IMG/VR virus record: IMGVR_UViG_3300005239_000257
Origin: an uncultured virus (IMG/VR IMGVR_UViG_3300005239_000257)
Lineage: Duplodnaviria; Heunggongvirae; Uroviricota; Caudoviricetes; Crassvirales
Direction: 5' to 3' (one strand)
Length of the DNA stretch: 48,370 nucleotides
Part shown: positions 1 to 7,594 of the stretch, in pieces
How positions within the stretch are numbered: the first letter of the stretch is position 1
Layout of the letters: each line of letters opens with the position of its first letter
Made by a program: the position numbers and the translations under genes
Notes under the pieces: generated by a model
What the model was told of the DNA's origin: nothing
Database searches by the model: none
Seen by the model: the letters and a program-made list of their open reading frames with translations, nothing else

Positions 1-44
1 AAATGTGTAGACATTTAATACATTTATTGAATATAATACAATAC

Positions 45-244
45 ATTGATATATATTCTATCAATATCACAACGACTATCATATTGATAACAAATATATA
101 TAATAACTATCAATATCGCAATAAAAACAACATATTATTGTGATATATGGGGTACTTTTTAATATGAGTTTTCTAACTAGCTGACTATCAATAATGTATA
201 GTACGATGCAATACCCCTATATTTATAACACTTATTTCTAACTA
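45..244. repeat. AT-rich non-coding region with direct and inverted repeats
   Basis: CTATCAATATC at 58-68 and 107-117, CTATCAATA at 185-193; inverted ATTGATA(45-51)/TATCAAT(59-65); GGGGTA(149-154)/TACCCC(212-217); TTTCTAACTA at 170-179 and 235-244; no ORF. Confidence 0.6.
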
Positions 245-265
245 AGCCCTCGGGTTTAAAAAAAA

Positions 266-484
266 ATGAGAACACTATACATTATCTTATTGTTAACTAC
301 ATTTAGTTTATTAACGTCTTGCGGGTCTGTGAAAGGGCAAGCCTATGTGGATGTGAATGAAAACATCGACTTTGAAAACGGTGAGGACCTCAGGTACCGT
401 ACTAGATTCAAGGTTGGGTACAAGATATACTTAGGTGAGAAGCACAACATACTAAAAGATAAACGAAAGAAAAAAGAAGAGTAA
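266..484 (+). CDS. small predicted lipoprotein
   Basis: Basic N-terminus, hydrophobic stretch, lipobox-like LLTS|C followed by GSVK; TAATG-coupled to next gene. Confidence 0.65.
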   Translation: MRTLYIILLLTTFSLLTSCGSVKGQAYVDVNENIDFENGEDLRYRTRFKVGYKIYLGEKHNILKDKRKKKEE

Positions 485-606
485 TGGCAAAAGCATTTAA
501 GGTACACAAGATGTACAGTAAGTCTGGTATTGTGAAGACAGCTAAGACAGTAGCAGATCACAACAGACTTAAAAAATTGGGATACGGCCATACTAAACCT
601 AAGTAA
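484..606 (+). CDS. small basic hypothetical protein (40 aa, MAKAFKVHKMY...GYGHTKPK)
   Basis: Manually translated ORF below the track cutoff; TAATG overlap with upstream gene and fills the gap to 608. Confidence 0.75.
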   Translation: MAKAFKVHKMYSKSGIVKTAKTVADHNRLKKLGYGHTKPK

Positions 607-607
607 C

Positions 608-880
608 ATGTCAGACAGCACGGAGCATATGGGCCGCGGGCAGTTAATAAACCGGCTAGCCTCTCAGGTTGGCGATAGGAAGAAAGCTCTTGACATCTTA
701 GCAAAAAGAGGACATGTAGTACCAGGTACTTCTAAACTAACGCCTACAGGCATCATAAGAAACAATATGACCGCTGAAGAACGCGCAATACAGAGAGCCG
801 CAAAAGGCTCAGGGAAATTTACAGGTATGTACCAGTATAATCCTAAGACAAATAAAGCAACATTGAAAAATAAAAGATAA
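608..880 (+). CDS. basic hypothetical phage protein
   Basis: 90-aa ORF, tightly packed, TAATG overlap with next gene. Confidence 0.75.
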   Translation: MSDSTEHMGRGQLINRLASQVGDRKKALDILAKRGHVVPGTSKLTPTGIIRNNMTAEERAIQRAAKGSGKFTGMYQYNPKTNKATLKNKR

Positions 881-1335
881 TGAAAGTAGGATATCCAGAT
901 ACTATAAACAATAAAGCTTACAAACAGGTTAGCCCTTTGAAGGCTAGATACACTAGTTCAGGAGAAGGAGAAGACTTAAAGGCTGTAGAGATAGAAAAAG
1001 GATCTTTAGCTAAAAAAGAAGACCCTCCAACTAACTACAATGATACACCTATCAACATGATTACTCCTCTTAAAGCTAGAGAAATGTCAGCTAAAAGAAG
1101 AGCTAGACGTGGTAAAAGAGTAGAAAAAATAGATGCTAAAGCTAATTCTATAGCAGAGCAGAAATATTTAAAAGGTGTTGCAGAGGAAGATTTACCAACT
1201 ACTGCTAAGAAAGGTAAGCAAAAGAAGTATGATAGGCTTACTAAAAAATCAGATAGAATAAGCGCAAAGACTACAAAGATTCTTAGAGATAATAATCAAG
1301 TTCCTAGTTCTAGGAAAAACCTGTGGATAATATAG
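880..1335 (+). CDS. Lys-rich hypothetical protein with SPLK/TPLK motifs (3' end uncertain near gap)
   Basis: 151-aa ORF; the stop lies just before an N gap and may result from a contig-end error. Confidence 0.65.
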   Translation: MKVGYPDTINNKAYKQVSPLKARYTSSGEGEDLKAVEIEKGSLAKKEDPPTNYNDTPINMITPLKAREMSAKRRARRGKRVEKIDAKANSIAEQKYLKGVAEEDLPTTAKKGKQKKYDRLTKKSDRISAKTTKILRDNNQVPSSRKNLWII

Positions 1336-1358
1336 GAAGTAGTGGGCCAAAGATTAAG

Positions 1359-2210
1359 NNNNNNNNNNNNNNNNNNNNNNNNNNNNNNNNNNNNNNNNNN
1401 NNNNNNNNNNNNNNNNNNNNNNNNNNNNNNNNNNNNNNNNNNNNNNNNNNNNNNNNNNNNNNNNNNNNNNNNNNNNNNNNNNNNNNNNNNNNNNNNNNNN
1501 NNNNNNNNNNNNNNNNNNNNNNNNNNNNNNNNNNNNNNNNNNNNNNNNNNNNNNNNNNNNNNNNNNNNNNNNNNNNNNNNNNNNNNNNNNNNNNNNNNNN
1601 NNNNNNNNNNNNNNNNNNNNNNNNNNNNNNNNNNNNNNNNNNNNNNNNNNNNNNNNNNNNNNNNNNNNNNNNNNNNNNNNNNNNNNNNNNNNNNNNNNNN
1701 NNNNNNNNNNNNNNNNNNNNNNNNNNNNNNNNNNNNNNNNNNNNNNNNNNNNNNNNNNNNNNNNNNNNNNNNNNNNNNNNNNNNNNNNNNNNNNNNNNNN
1801 NNNNNNNNNNNNNNNNNNNNNNNNNNNNNNNNNNNNNNNNNNNNNNNNNNNNNNNNNNNNNNNNNNNNNNNNNNNNNNNNNNNNNNNNNNNNNNNNNNNN
1901 NNNNNNNNNNNNNNNNNNNNNNNNNNNNNNNNNNNNNNNNNNNNNNNNNNNNNNNNNNNNNNNNNNNNNNNNNNNNNNNNNNNNNNNNNNNNNNNNNNNN
2001 NNNNNNNNNNNNNNNNNNNNNNNNNNNNNNNNNNNNNNNNNNNNNNNNNNNNNNNNNNNNNNNNNNNNNNNNNNNNNNNNNNNNNNNNNNNNNNNNNNNN
2101 NNNNNNNNNNNNNNNNNNNNNNNNNNNNNNNNNNNNNNNNNNNNNNNNNNNNNNNNNNNNNNNNNNNNNNNNNNNNNNNNNNNNNNNNNNNNNNNNNNNN
2201 NNNNNNNNNN
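1359..2210. other. assembly gap (N run)
   Basis: Run of Ns. Confidence 1.
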
Positions 2211-2211
2211 T

Positions 2212-2613
2212 GACGTTATACGCGTTCCAAGGCCTAAAAAAGAATGTCCAGAAGGTTCAGTTAAGAAAAATGGTGAATGTGTACCTATAAATGATGGTAA
2301 AGTTAAACAAAACAAAACATCAACATCTCAATTAGAATATAAAGGTAAAAAATCTGATTTACCTAAAGCTCCATCTAAGGTTGACATACCTATGCCTACT
2401 AATAAAACAGAAGGCAAAAAAAATCCTAGAGAAAGTGTAACAGTAAAAACTCCAGGAAGATCTATGCGTAAAGCTTATGATATTGCATTAGAAAAAGGAT
2501 ATAGATCTGCTGATGAAAGCTTTGAAGATTATTCTGCAAGAGCAATGAAAGATAAAAACTATGGAAAAGGTGGATCAGTAACAATAACTGGAGAAAAATT
2601 AAAAAAAGAATAA
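2212..2613 (+). CDS. C-terminal fragment of a Lys-rich hypothetical protein (5' part in gap)
   Basis: Open frame from gap to TAA at 2611-2613; contains CPEGSVKKNGECVP. Confidence 0.65.
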   Translation, partial: DVIRVPRPKKECPEGSVKKNGECVPINDGKVKQNKTSTSQLEYKGKKSDLPKAPSKVDIPMPTNKTEGKKNPRESVTVKTPGRSMRKAYDIALEKGYRSADESFEDYSARAMKDKNYGKGGSVTITGEKLKKE

Positions 2614-2615
2614 TT

Positions 2616-2762
2616 ATGGCATATTCATGTGGATACCCAGATACTATGAACAAACAGGTATCTATGAAAACAAACGATAGAAGCCCATTGGCTTGCTGGG
2701 AGGGATATGAAAGAGTTCCTGGAACTAAGGAATTTTCTAAAGGTAGTTGTAGAAAAAAATAA
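2616..2762 (+). CDS. small hypothetical protein (48 aa) with CWEGY...GSCRKK motif
   Basis: Manual translation MAYSCGYPDTMNKQVSMKTNDRSPLACWEGYERVPGTKEFSKGSCRKK; shares GYPDT and SPL motifs with ORF 880; fills intergenic space. Confidence 0.75.
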   Translation: MAYSCGYPDTMNKQVSMKTNDRSPLACWEGYERVPGTKEFSKGSCRKK

Positions 2763-2768
2763 ATTATT

Positions 2769-3209
2769 ATGAAACTTCCATCTAACGGCGTAGCAAAAGA
2801 ATTAAGACATTATATTGGTTCGTTATTTATATTTCTATTCGTAATAGGAATTATAATAGTACTGATACAATTTCCAGTGTTAGATACAAACAAAGAGGTG
2901 GTGATGATGCTAATAGGTACAATAAGTGCTAGCATCGGTATTGTAGTATCGACTATAACCGGGGCCAAACCCGATGACGTGACGGCTTTAAAAACGTCAT
3001 TAGAAAAAAAAGAACACCATATAGAGCTCTTAGTGTCTGCAAAAGACCAATTAGAGCAAATGGTTATAAATCTGCAGAAGCAGATGCTAGACAATCAAGA
3101 TGCAGTTATGGATAAAATAATATTGAAAGCGGCAATGGACTTTGACGACAAGAATAATCCGCCTAAATGTGAGTGTGGAGATAAAGATAAAAATGAATGT
3201 GAGTGTTAA
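2769..3209 (+). CDS. membrane protein, two TM helices plus coiled-coil C-terminus
   Basis: Hydrophobic segments YIGSLFIFLFVIGIIIVLI and VVMMLIGTISASIGIVVSTI, then heptad-like charged region and CEC..CEC tail. Confidence 0.75.
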   Translation: MKLPSNGVAKELRHYIGSLFIFLFVIGIIIVLIQFPVLDTNKEVVMMLIGTISASIGIVVSTITGAKPDDVTALKTSLEKKEHHIELLVSAKDQLEQMVINLQKQMLDNQDAVMDKIILKAAMDFDDKNNPPKCECGDKDKNECEC

Positions 3210-3322
3210 TCACAATAAGTCAGAAGGCAAAAGCCTGAAAGGTTAAGAACAAATGGTTCATAACAAAAAACCTTGAAGACGGCTAGACCATCTGACATTT
3301 TAAAACAAAAAAACCAAAAACT

Positions 3323-3538
3323 ATGAACAAATATCAAGACAAAGAGGCGTCTATGGACGATTACTCTCACGAAAAGAAATTAAAAGCTGATGGTCGCTAT
3401 GAAGCGGCTAAAGGAAAAATGGCTAACGCTGAAAATGACTTTGACCATGCACATGCTTTAAAGAAAGATGCTAGTTATGATGCTGCATCTCGCAGAGGAG
3501 GTTCTTTTTTATCTAAACACTGGATGAATAATGGCTAA
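3323..3538 (+). CDS. hypothetical protein
   Basis: 71-aa ORF with A-rich initiation region. Confidence 0.7.
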   Translation: MNKYQDKEASMDDYSHEKKLKADGRYEAAKGKMANAENDFDHAHALKKDASYDAASRRGGSFLSKHWMNNG

Positions 3539-4259
3539 GATGGAAAAAAAAGCAAACGAAATCAAACAAAGAGGTCTAAAAAAGCTTAAATTAGGTGGCG
3601 GAGAGAAGATGCAAAAAGCAGCTTACAAGCTGGGAGATGGTTATCATGCCAATATGCCAGGATCTACGCCAGAATCTGACAAAAAAATGTACAGATATCA
3701 AGAAAGCGCTGATAGACTAGCAGGAACAGGGATAGACCTTGATCCAGATAAAACAACACCAACGAAAATGTATAGTCCTATAAAAAAAGCTTTAGTAGGT
3801 GATCAAGATCAACTTCCAGAGCAACTTCAACAAGAAATATTAGATTCTCCAACTAAAATGTATGACAATCCTGTTAAATTTGTAAGCCCAGGCATGACAC
3901 CTATGGCTACTGGAGGTGGCTTTAAAATGCAAATGGGTTCTAAAGAAAATTTTTCTGGAACTAACTTTAGCGGTAAAGATCAAAGTACAATGGCTGCGGC
4001 ACCTTCTATCATGAAAGATGACTGGGGTGGTGAGACTATTGAAATGAAAGATCAAGGGCAAAAAAAAACTGACGACGGTACGCCATTAAATTATGGTATG
4101 AGAGGTCAAACTAAAGTTGAGCGTAAAATGACACGTGCTGAAAACGAACAAGCAGGTGCAGATAAAAAAGCTGAACAAAAAAGACAATATCTTAAAGATG
4201 CTATGGCTGTAGTTCAAACGGGTGCAAATGTAGCTAGTGCTTTTATTCCAAAAGGTTAA
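3531..4259 (+). CDS. hypothetical protein with repeated xPxK motifs (candidate internal head protein)
   Basis: 242-aa ORF containing TPTKM, SPIKK, SPTKM, NPVKF, TPLNY. Confidence 0.75.
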   Translation: MAKMEKKANEIKQRGLKKLKLGGGEKMQKAAYKLGDGYHANMPGSTPESDKKMYRYQESADRLAGTGIDLDPDKTTPTKMYSPIKKALVGDQDQLPEQLQQEILDSPTKMYDNPVKFVSPGMTPMATGGGFKMQMGSKENFSGTNFSGKDQSTMAAAPSIMKDDWGGETIEMKDQGQKKTDDGTPLNYGMRGQTKVERKMTRAENEQAGADKKAEQKRQYLKDAMAVVQTGANVASAFIPKG

Positions 4260-4261
4260 AA

Positions 4262-4543
4262 ATGTCAGCTGAACCTAGAAGAACTATTGGTAAGGGTAAA
4301 AATTTTAATAAAGCTAACCCAACAGGAACTGGGGCTGCCGCCGGTGGCGGTATGACTCAGAGAGGTGTTAACGAATATAAGCGTAAAAACCCAGGTAGTA
4401 AGCTTAGAACTGCAGTAACAACACCACCATCTAGACTTGATCCAGATAGTAAAGCGGCTAAAAGACGTAAATCTTTTTGTGCTAGATCAGCTAGTTGGAC
4501 AGGTGAAAGAGGTAAAGCTGCAAGACGCAGATGGAATTGCTAA
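4262..4543 (+). CDS. small basic phage protein (RRKSFCAR...RRWNC family)
   Basis: Motif recalled from small conserved proteins of aquatic phages; family not verified. Confidence 0.75.
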   Translation: MSAEPRRTIGKGKNFNKANPTGTGAAAGGGMTQRGVNEYKRKNPGSKLRTAVTTPPSRLDPDSKAAKRRKSFCARSASWTGERGKAARRRWNC

Positions 4544-4553
4544 AATAAAATAC

Positions 4554-4574
4554 AATTAAATTAAATTAAATTAA
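4554..4574 (+). promoter_or_regulatory. (AATTA)n AT-rich translation initiation region upstream of groEL
   Basis: AATTAAATTAAATTAAATTAA directly before ATG; similar tracts precede 28285, 27351 and 43735. Confidence 0.45.
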
Positions 4575-6152
4575 ATGGCACAATTCGGAGGCCCTAAAGT
4601 TGTCAAAAAATTACATTTTGATAATACGGCAAAAGATAAATTAACAATAGGTATAAATAAAATTGCAGATGCTGTTAGCTCTACATTAGGAGCTGGCGGT
4701 AAAAATGTAGTTATAGAAGATGACTTCGGTAATCCTCATGTTACAAAAGATGGGGTAACTGTAGCTAATTCTATAATGCTTATGGATCCAGTCGAAAACC
4801 TCGGCGTATCTATGATGAAACAAGCTGCACAACAGACAGCGAATATGGCAGGGGATGGCACCACCACCTCTATAGTGCTAACTCAGGCCATAATCGACTG
4901 TTATGATAAATTAAAAGGTAAAGAATTTTCTTTTAGAGATATAAAAAATGGAATAAATAAATTTAAAGATCATATATTAAAGTCTTTAGAAAAAAAATCC
5001 ATTGATGTTGATGATAAAAAGCTAAATGATGTTTCTGTTATATCAGCAAACAACGATATAGAACTAGGTACTTTAATAGCTGATGCTTTTAGAAAAGCAG
5101 GTGAAAACGGTATTGTTGCTATGGAAACATCTTCTACTAATGATACATATGTAGATACAGTAGAGGGAACTAAGTTAAACTCTTATAGTAAAACACCACA
5201 TTTTTATACAAATAAAGAAAAAGAAGTATCAGAACTGGAAAAACCGCTTGTATTTATAAGTGCATCGGATATTCCAAACGTTAGAAAAATTCAGGACATC
5301 TTAGAGCATGCTATTAAGTCAAATCGTAGCATACTACTTATTGCTCCCCTAGAGTCGCAGCCACTTACGGCACTAGCGATGAATATGGTTAAGGGTAATA
5401 TTAAGGTCAATGTAATAGATCCACCTAGCTTCGGACTTAAGCGTAAGGACATACTTGAAGATCTAGCATTGCTTGTCGGGGCTAAAGTTTTTGACGAAAG
5501 CCTCGGGGACTCGATTGATTCGATAACCCCCGACATGTTAGGAGAAGCTGATAGAGCTATCTCAGACAAAGAAGGTACAGTTTTAGTCATTTCAGAAAAA
5601 TCTGAAGAGGCTTTAGAACGTATCGAGTATTTAAAATCTGCTCTTGAAAAAGAAGATCATCATGTGCTTACAAAGCATTTGAATGATCGACTTGCTTTAC
5701 TATGTGGAGGCGTGTCTATTATATATGTAGGCGCTGACACTGATGTAGAGTTAAAAGAAAAGCAAGACAGAGTAGATGACGCAGTTCATGCTGTTAAAGC
5801 CGCTAAAAAAGAAGGTATATTACCCGGTGGCGGTGTAGCATTAGCCTATATGGCACAAGATGATTGGCAAATGGAGCTTAATCAAGGGATGCTAAGAGGC
5901 GTAGACATACTAAAGGATGCTTTAGTGGTGCCATTTACCAAAATACTAGAAAATGCTGGTTTAGACCCAACGCTATATTCATTAGATGAGTGGGGTCAAG
6001 GCATTGATGTAACCTGTGGGTGTAATAAAAAAATGATAGAAGCAGGTATCATTGATCCTTTACTAGTAACTAAAAGTGCATTAAATAATGCAATATCTGT
6101 AGCTACTACCATTTTATCAACCGATTGTGTAATTTCAAACGTAAGAGAATAA
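4575..6152 (+). CDS. groEL: phage-encoded group I chaperonin GroEL (Cpn60)
   Basis: VTKDGVTVA, AGDGTTT ATP-binding motif, ISANND, GILPGGGVAL, GIIDP motifs; lacks the C-terminal GGM tail. Confidence 0.97.
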   Translation: MAQFGGPKVVKKLHFDNTAKDKLTIGINKIADAVSSTLGAGGKNVVIEDDFGNPHVTKDGVTVANSIMLMDPVENLGVSMMKQAAQQTANMAGDGTTTSIVLTQAIIDCYDKLKGKEFSFRDIKNGINKFKDHILKSLEKKSIDVDDKKLNDVSVISANNDIELGTLIADAFRKAGENGIVAMETSSTNDTYVDTVEGTKLNSYSKTPHFYTNKEKEVSELEKPLVFISASDIPNVRKIQDILEHAIKSNRSILLIAPLESQPLTALAMNMVKGNIKVNVIDPPSFGLKRKDILEDLALLVGAKVFDESLGDSIDSITPDMLGEADRAISDKEGTVLVISEKSEEALERIEYLKSALEKEDHHVLTKHLNDRLALLCGGVSIIYVGADTDVELKEKQDRVDDAVHAVKAAKKEGILPGGGVALAYMAQDDWQMELNQGMLRGVDILKDALVVPFTKILENAGLDPTLYSLDEWGQGIDVTCGCNKKMIEAGIIDPLLVTKSALNNAISVATTILSTDCVISNVRE

Positions 6153-6406
6153 TGGAAGCAATAGGTAATTATTTAATTGTAGAAGAAACACAAGAAGCAA
6201 CTAAAACAACAAAGGGTGGTTTAGAGCTAACAGAGAAGCACAGAGAAGACATTAGGTACCGAGAGGCTGTTATTATATCTTCTGGTCCAGAGCTCGTTAG
6301 AAGTGGTCAGAACATACTCTATGATCGTGTTGCTGGTTTTCCTGTAGAACATGATGATAAAATTTATAAAGTTATACAGATAAGAGATGTTGTAGCTTTA
6401 TTGTAA
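6152..6406 (+). CDS. groES: co-chaperonin GroES (Cpn10)
   Basis: Start at TAATG overlap with groEL stop; MEAIGNYLIVE...TKTTKGGLEL mobile loop, AVIISSG, final DVVAL strand; 84 aa. Confidence 0.85.
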   Translation: MEAIGNYLIVEETQEATKTTKGGLELTEKHREDIRYREAVIISSGPELVRSGQNILYDRVAGFPVEHDDKIYKVIQIRDVVALL

Positions 6407-6855
6407 TGGAAAGGTCTGACTTCTTTGAAAGAGGAGAACTTAAGGTAGATTTCTTAAAATACTATAGATTAGTTTCTAGGTGGGCAGCAAAAAACAATAA
6501 TCTTTCAGTTGCTGACCTAGAACTTTTATTTTATTTAGATCCTATTATTTATTTTACTATAGAAGATTTTAAAACAGGTACATTATTTTATACTTGGGAT
6601 AAAGATAGATTTTATAGGCTACAAAAAAACAATTGGATAAATAAAGCACATGATGCTTTTGGTAAAAAAGGAGATCACAATAAATATAAAGTAAGTAAAA
6701 AAGGAAAACTACTTATAAACAAAATATATAGAATATTAGTAGGAAAAGAAGACTTACCATCTTCGGCACGTAGAAATAAAATAATGAAACGTGAAACTTA
6801 CATAGATAAAGTATATAGTCAAGCTATAAAAGAATTTAACAAACAAAAAAAATAA
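6406..6855 (+). CDS. hypothetical protein, possible winged-helix DNA-binding
   Basis: LSVADLELLFYL...RLQKNNWI...YKVSKKGK resembles a wHTH pattern. Confidence 0.6.
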   Translation: MERSDFFERGELKVDFLKYYRLVSRWAAKNNNLSVADLELLFYLDPIIYFTIEDFKTGTLFYTWDKDRFYRLQKNNWINKAHDAFGKKGDHNKYKVSKKGKLLINKIYRILVGKEDLPSSARRNKIMKRETYIDKVYSQAIKEFNKQKK

Positions 6856-6857
6856 AA

Positions 6858-7430
6858 ATGGCGAAAGTAACAATGACCACTACGGTTAATGCACAAACTG
6901 GTGCACCTATAAATACATTTTCAATAGGTAATACAGACACTATAAAGGCAGTTGTATTAAGACCTAAGCTGTGTTCTGGTGCTTATCAAACAAGACAAGT
7001 AGATTTAGCATTAACTGTTCCAGACGGAACACAAACTACATTTAATATACCTAATTCAAACCCAGAACCAATTACAGATATAAACATAAGACCAGCTGCT
7101 ACTATGACAGTTCAGCAAGGTGCTGGTGTTGAGGAAGAAAACTGGGTTGAAGGTGTAAATTTTATAATAGATGGATATACTTTAACTTTTCCAGGTGATT
7201 TTGTAGGAACAAATAAAGTTGCTACAATATCATACACTTACTATGATCCTTCAGCAGCTAATTTAGTTTATGACGTACCTGTTTATCCTTCAAACACAAA
7301 AGGTGTAATAACAATGGATGGTTTAAATTTAATTATTTGGAACGAAGGTATATTAGCTCAAGAAGTAAAAGCTTGGGTTACTTCAGGAACAGCAAATGGA
7401 GTTGTACAAGCTTTAATAACAGACGCATAA
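6858..7430 (+). CDS. putative virion structural protein
   Basis: Thr/Val-rich beta-type composition; start of structural cluster. Confidence 0.6.
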   Translation: MAKVTMTTTVNAQTGAPINTFSIGNTDTIKAVVLRPKLCSGAYQTRQVDLALTVPDGTQTTFNIPNSNPEPITDINIRPAATMTVQQGAGVEEENWVEGVNFIIDGYTLTFPGDFVGTNKVATISYTYYDPSAANLVYDVPVYPSNTKGVITMDGLNLIIWNEGILAQEVKAWVTSGTANGVVQALITDA

Positions 7431-7440
7431 TATAAAAAAA

Positions 7441-7593
7441 ATGAAAAAAGAAAAAATAACCACTATTGGACCAAAAAACACTTTTACTCAAGGTGTTGAA
7501 ATAGAACAAGCGAAAGTTGCAAACCCAAATCAGTCTATGCCTATTACTGCAAAAGTAAAAATGTCACAGAGCGGAACTAAATTAAAAGGATAA
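7441..7593 (+). CDS. small hypothetical protein (50 aa)
   Basis: Manual translation MKKEKITTIGPK...MPITAKVKMSQSGTKLKG; fills intergenic gap. Confidence 0.65.
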   Translation: MKKEKITTIGPKNTFTQGVEIEQAKVANPNQSMPITAKVKMSQSGTKLKG

Positions 7594-7594
7594 G

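Noticed and set aside
45..244. CRISPR-like mini array
   Set aside because: Repeats are only 9-15 nt, irregularly spaced, with no cas genes.
1296..2613. Long ORFs spanning the first N run
   Set aside because: Open only because Ns contain no stops; only flanking fragments are supportable. ORF 880 may really continue through the gap.
3225..3255. Resemblance to c-di-GMP-I riboswitch (GGCAAA...GAAA) or hammerhead core
   Set aside because: The GACGCAAAG segment and the CUGANGA core are absent; kept only as an unassigned structure.
5291..5590. Antisense ORF in groEL and the other short minus-strand ORFs
   Set aside because: Ser/Phe/Leu-rich shadows of the sense codon pattern with no recognisable motifs; the window is coded on the + strand.
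6125..6151. TTG start for groES given by the ORF track
   Set aside because: The ATG at 6152 overlapping the groEL stop gives a normal GroES N-terminus.
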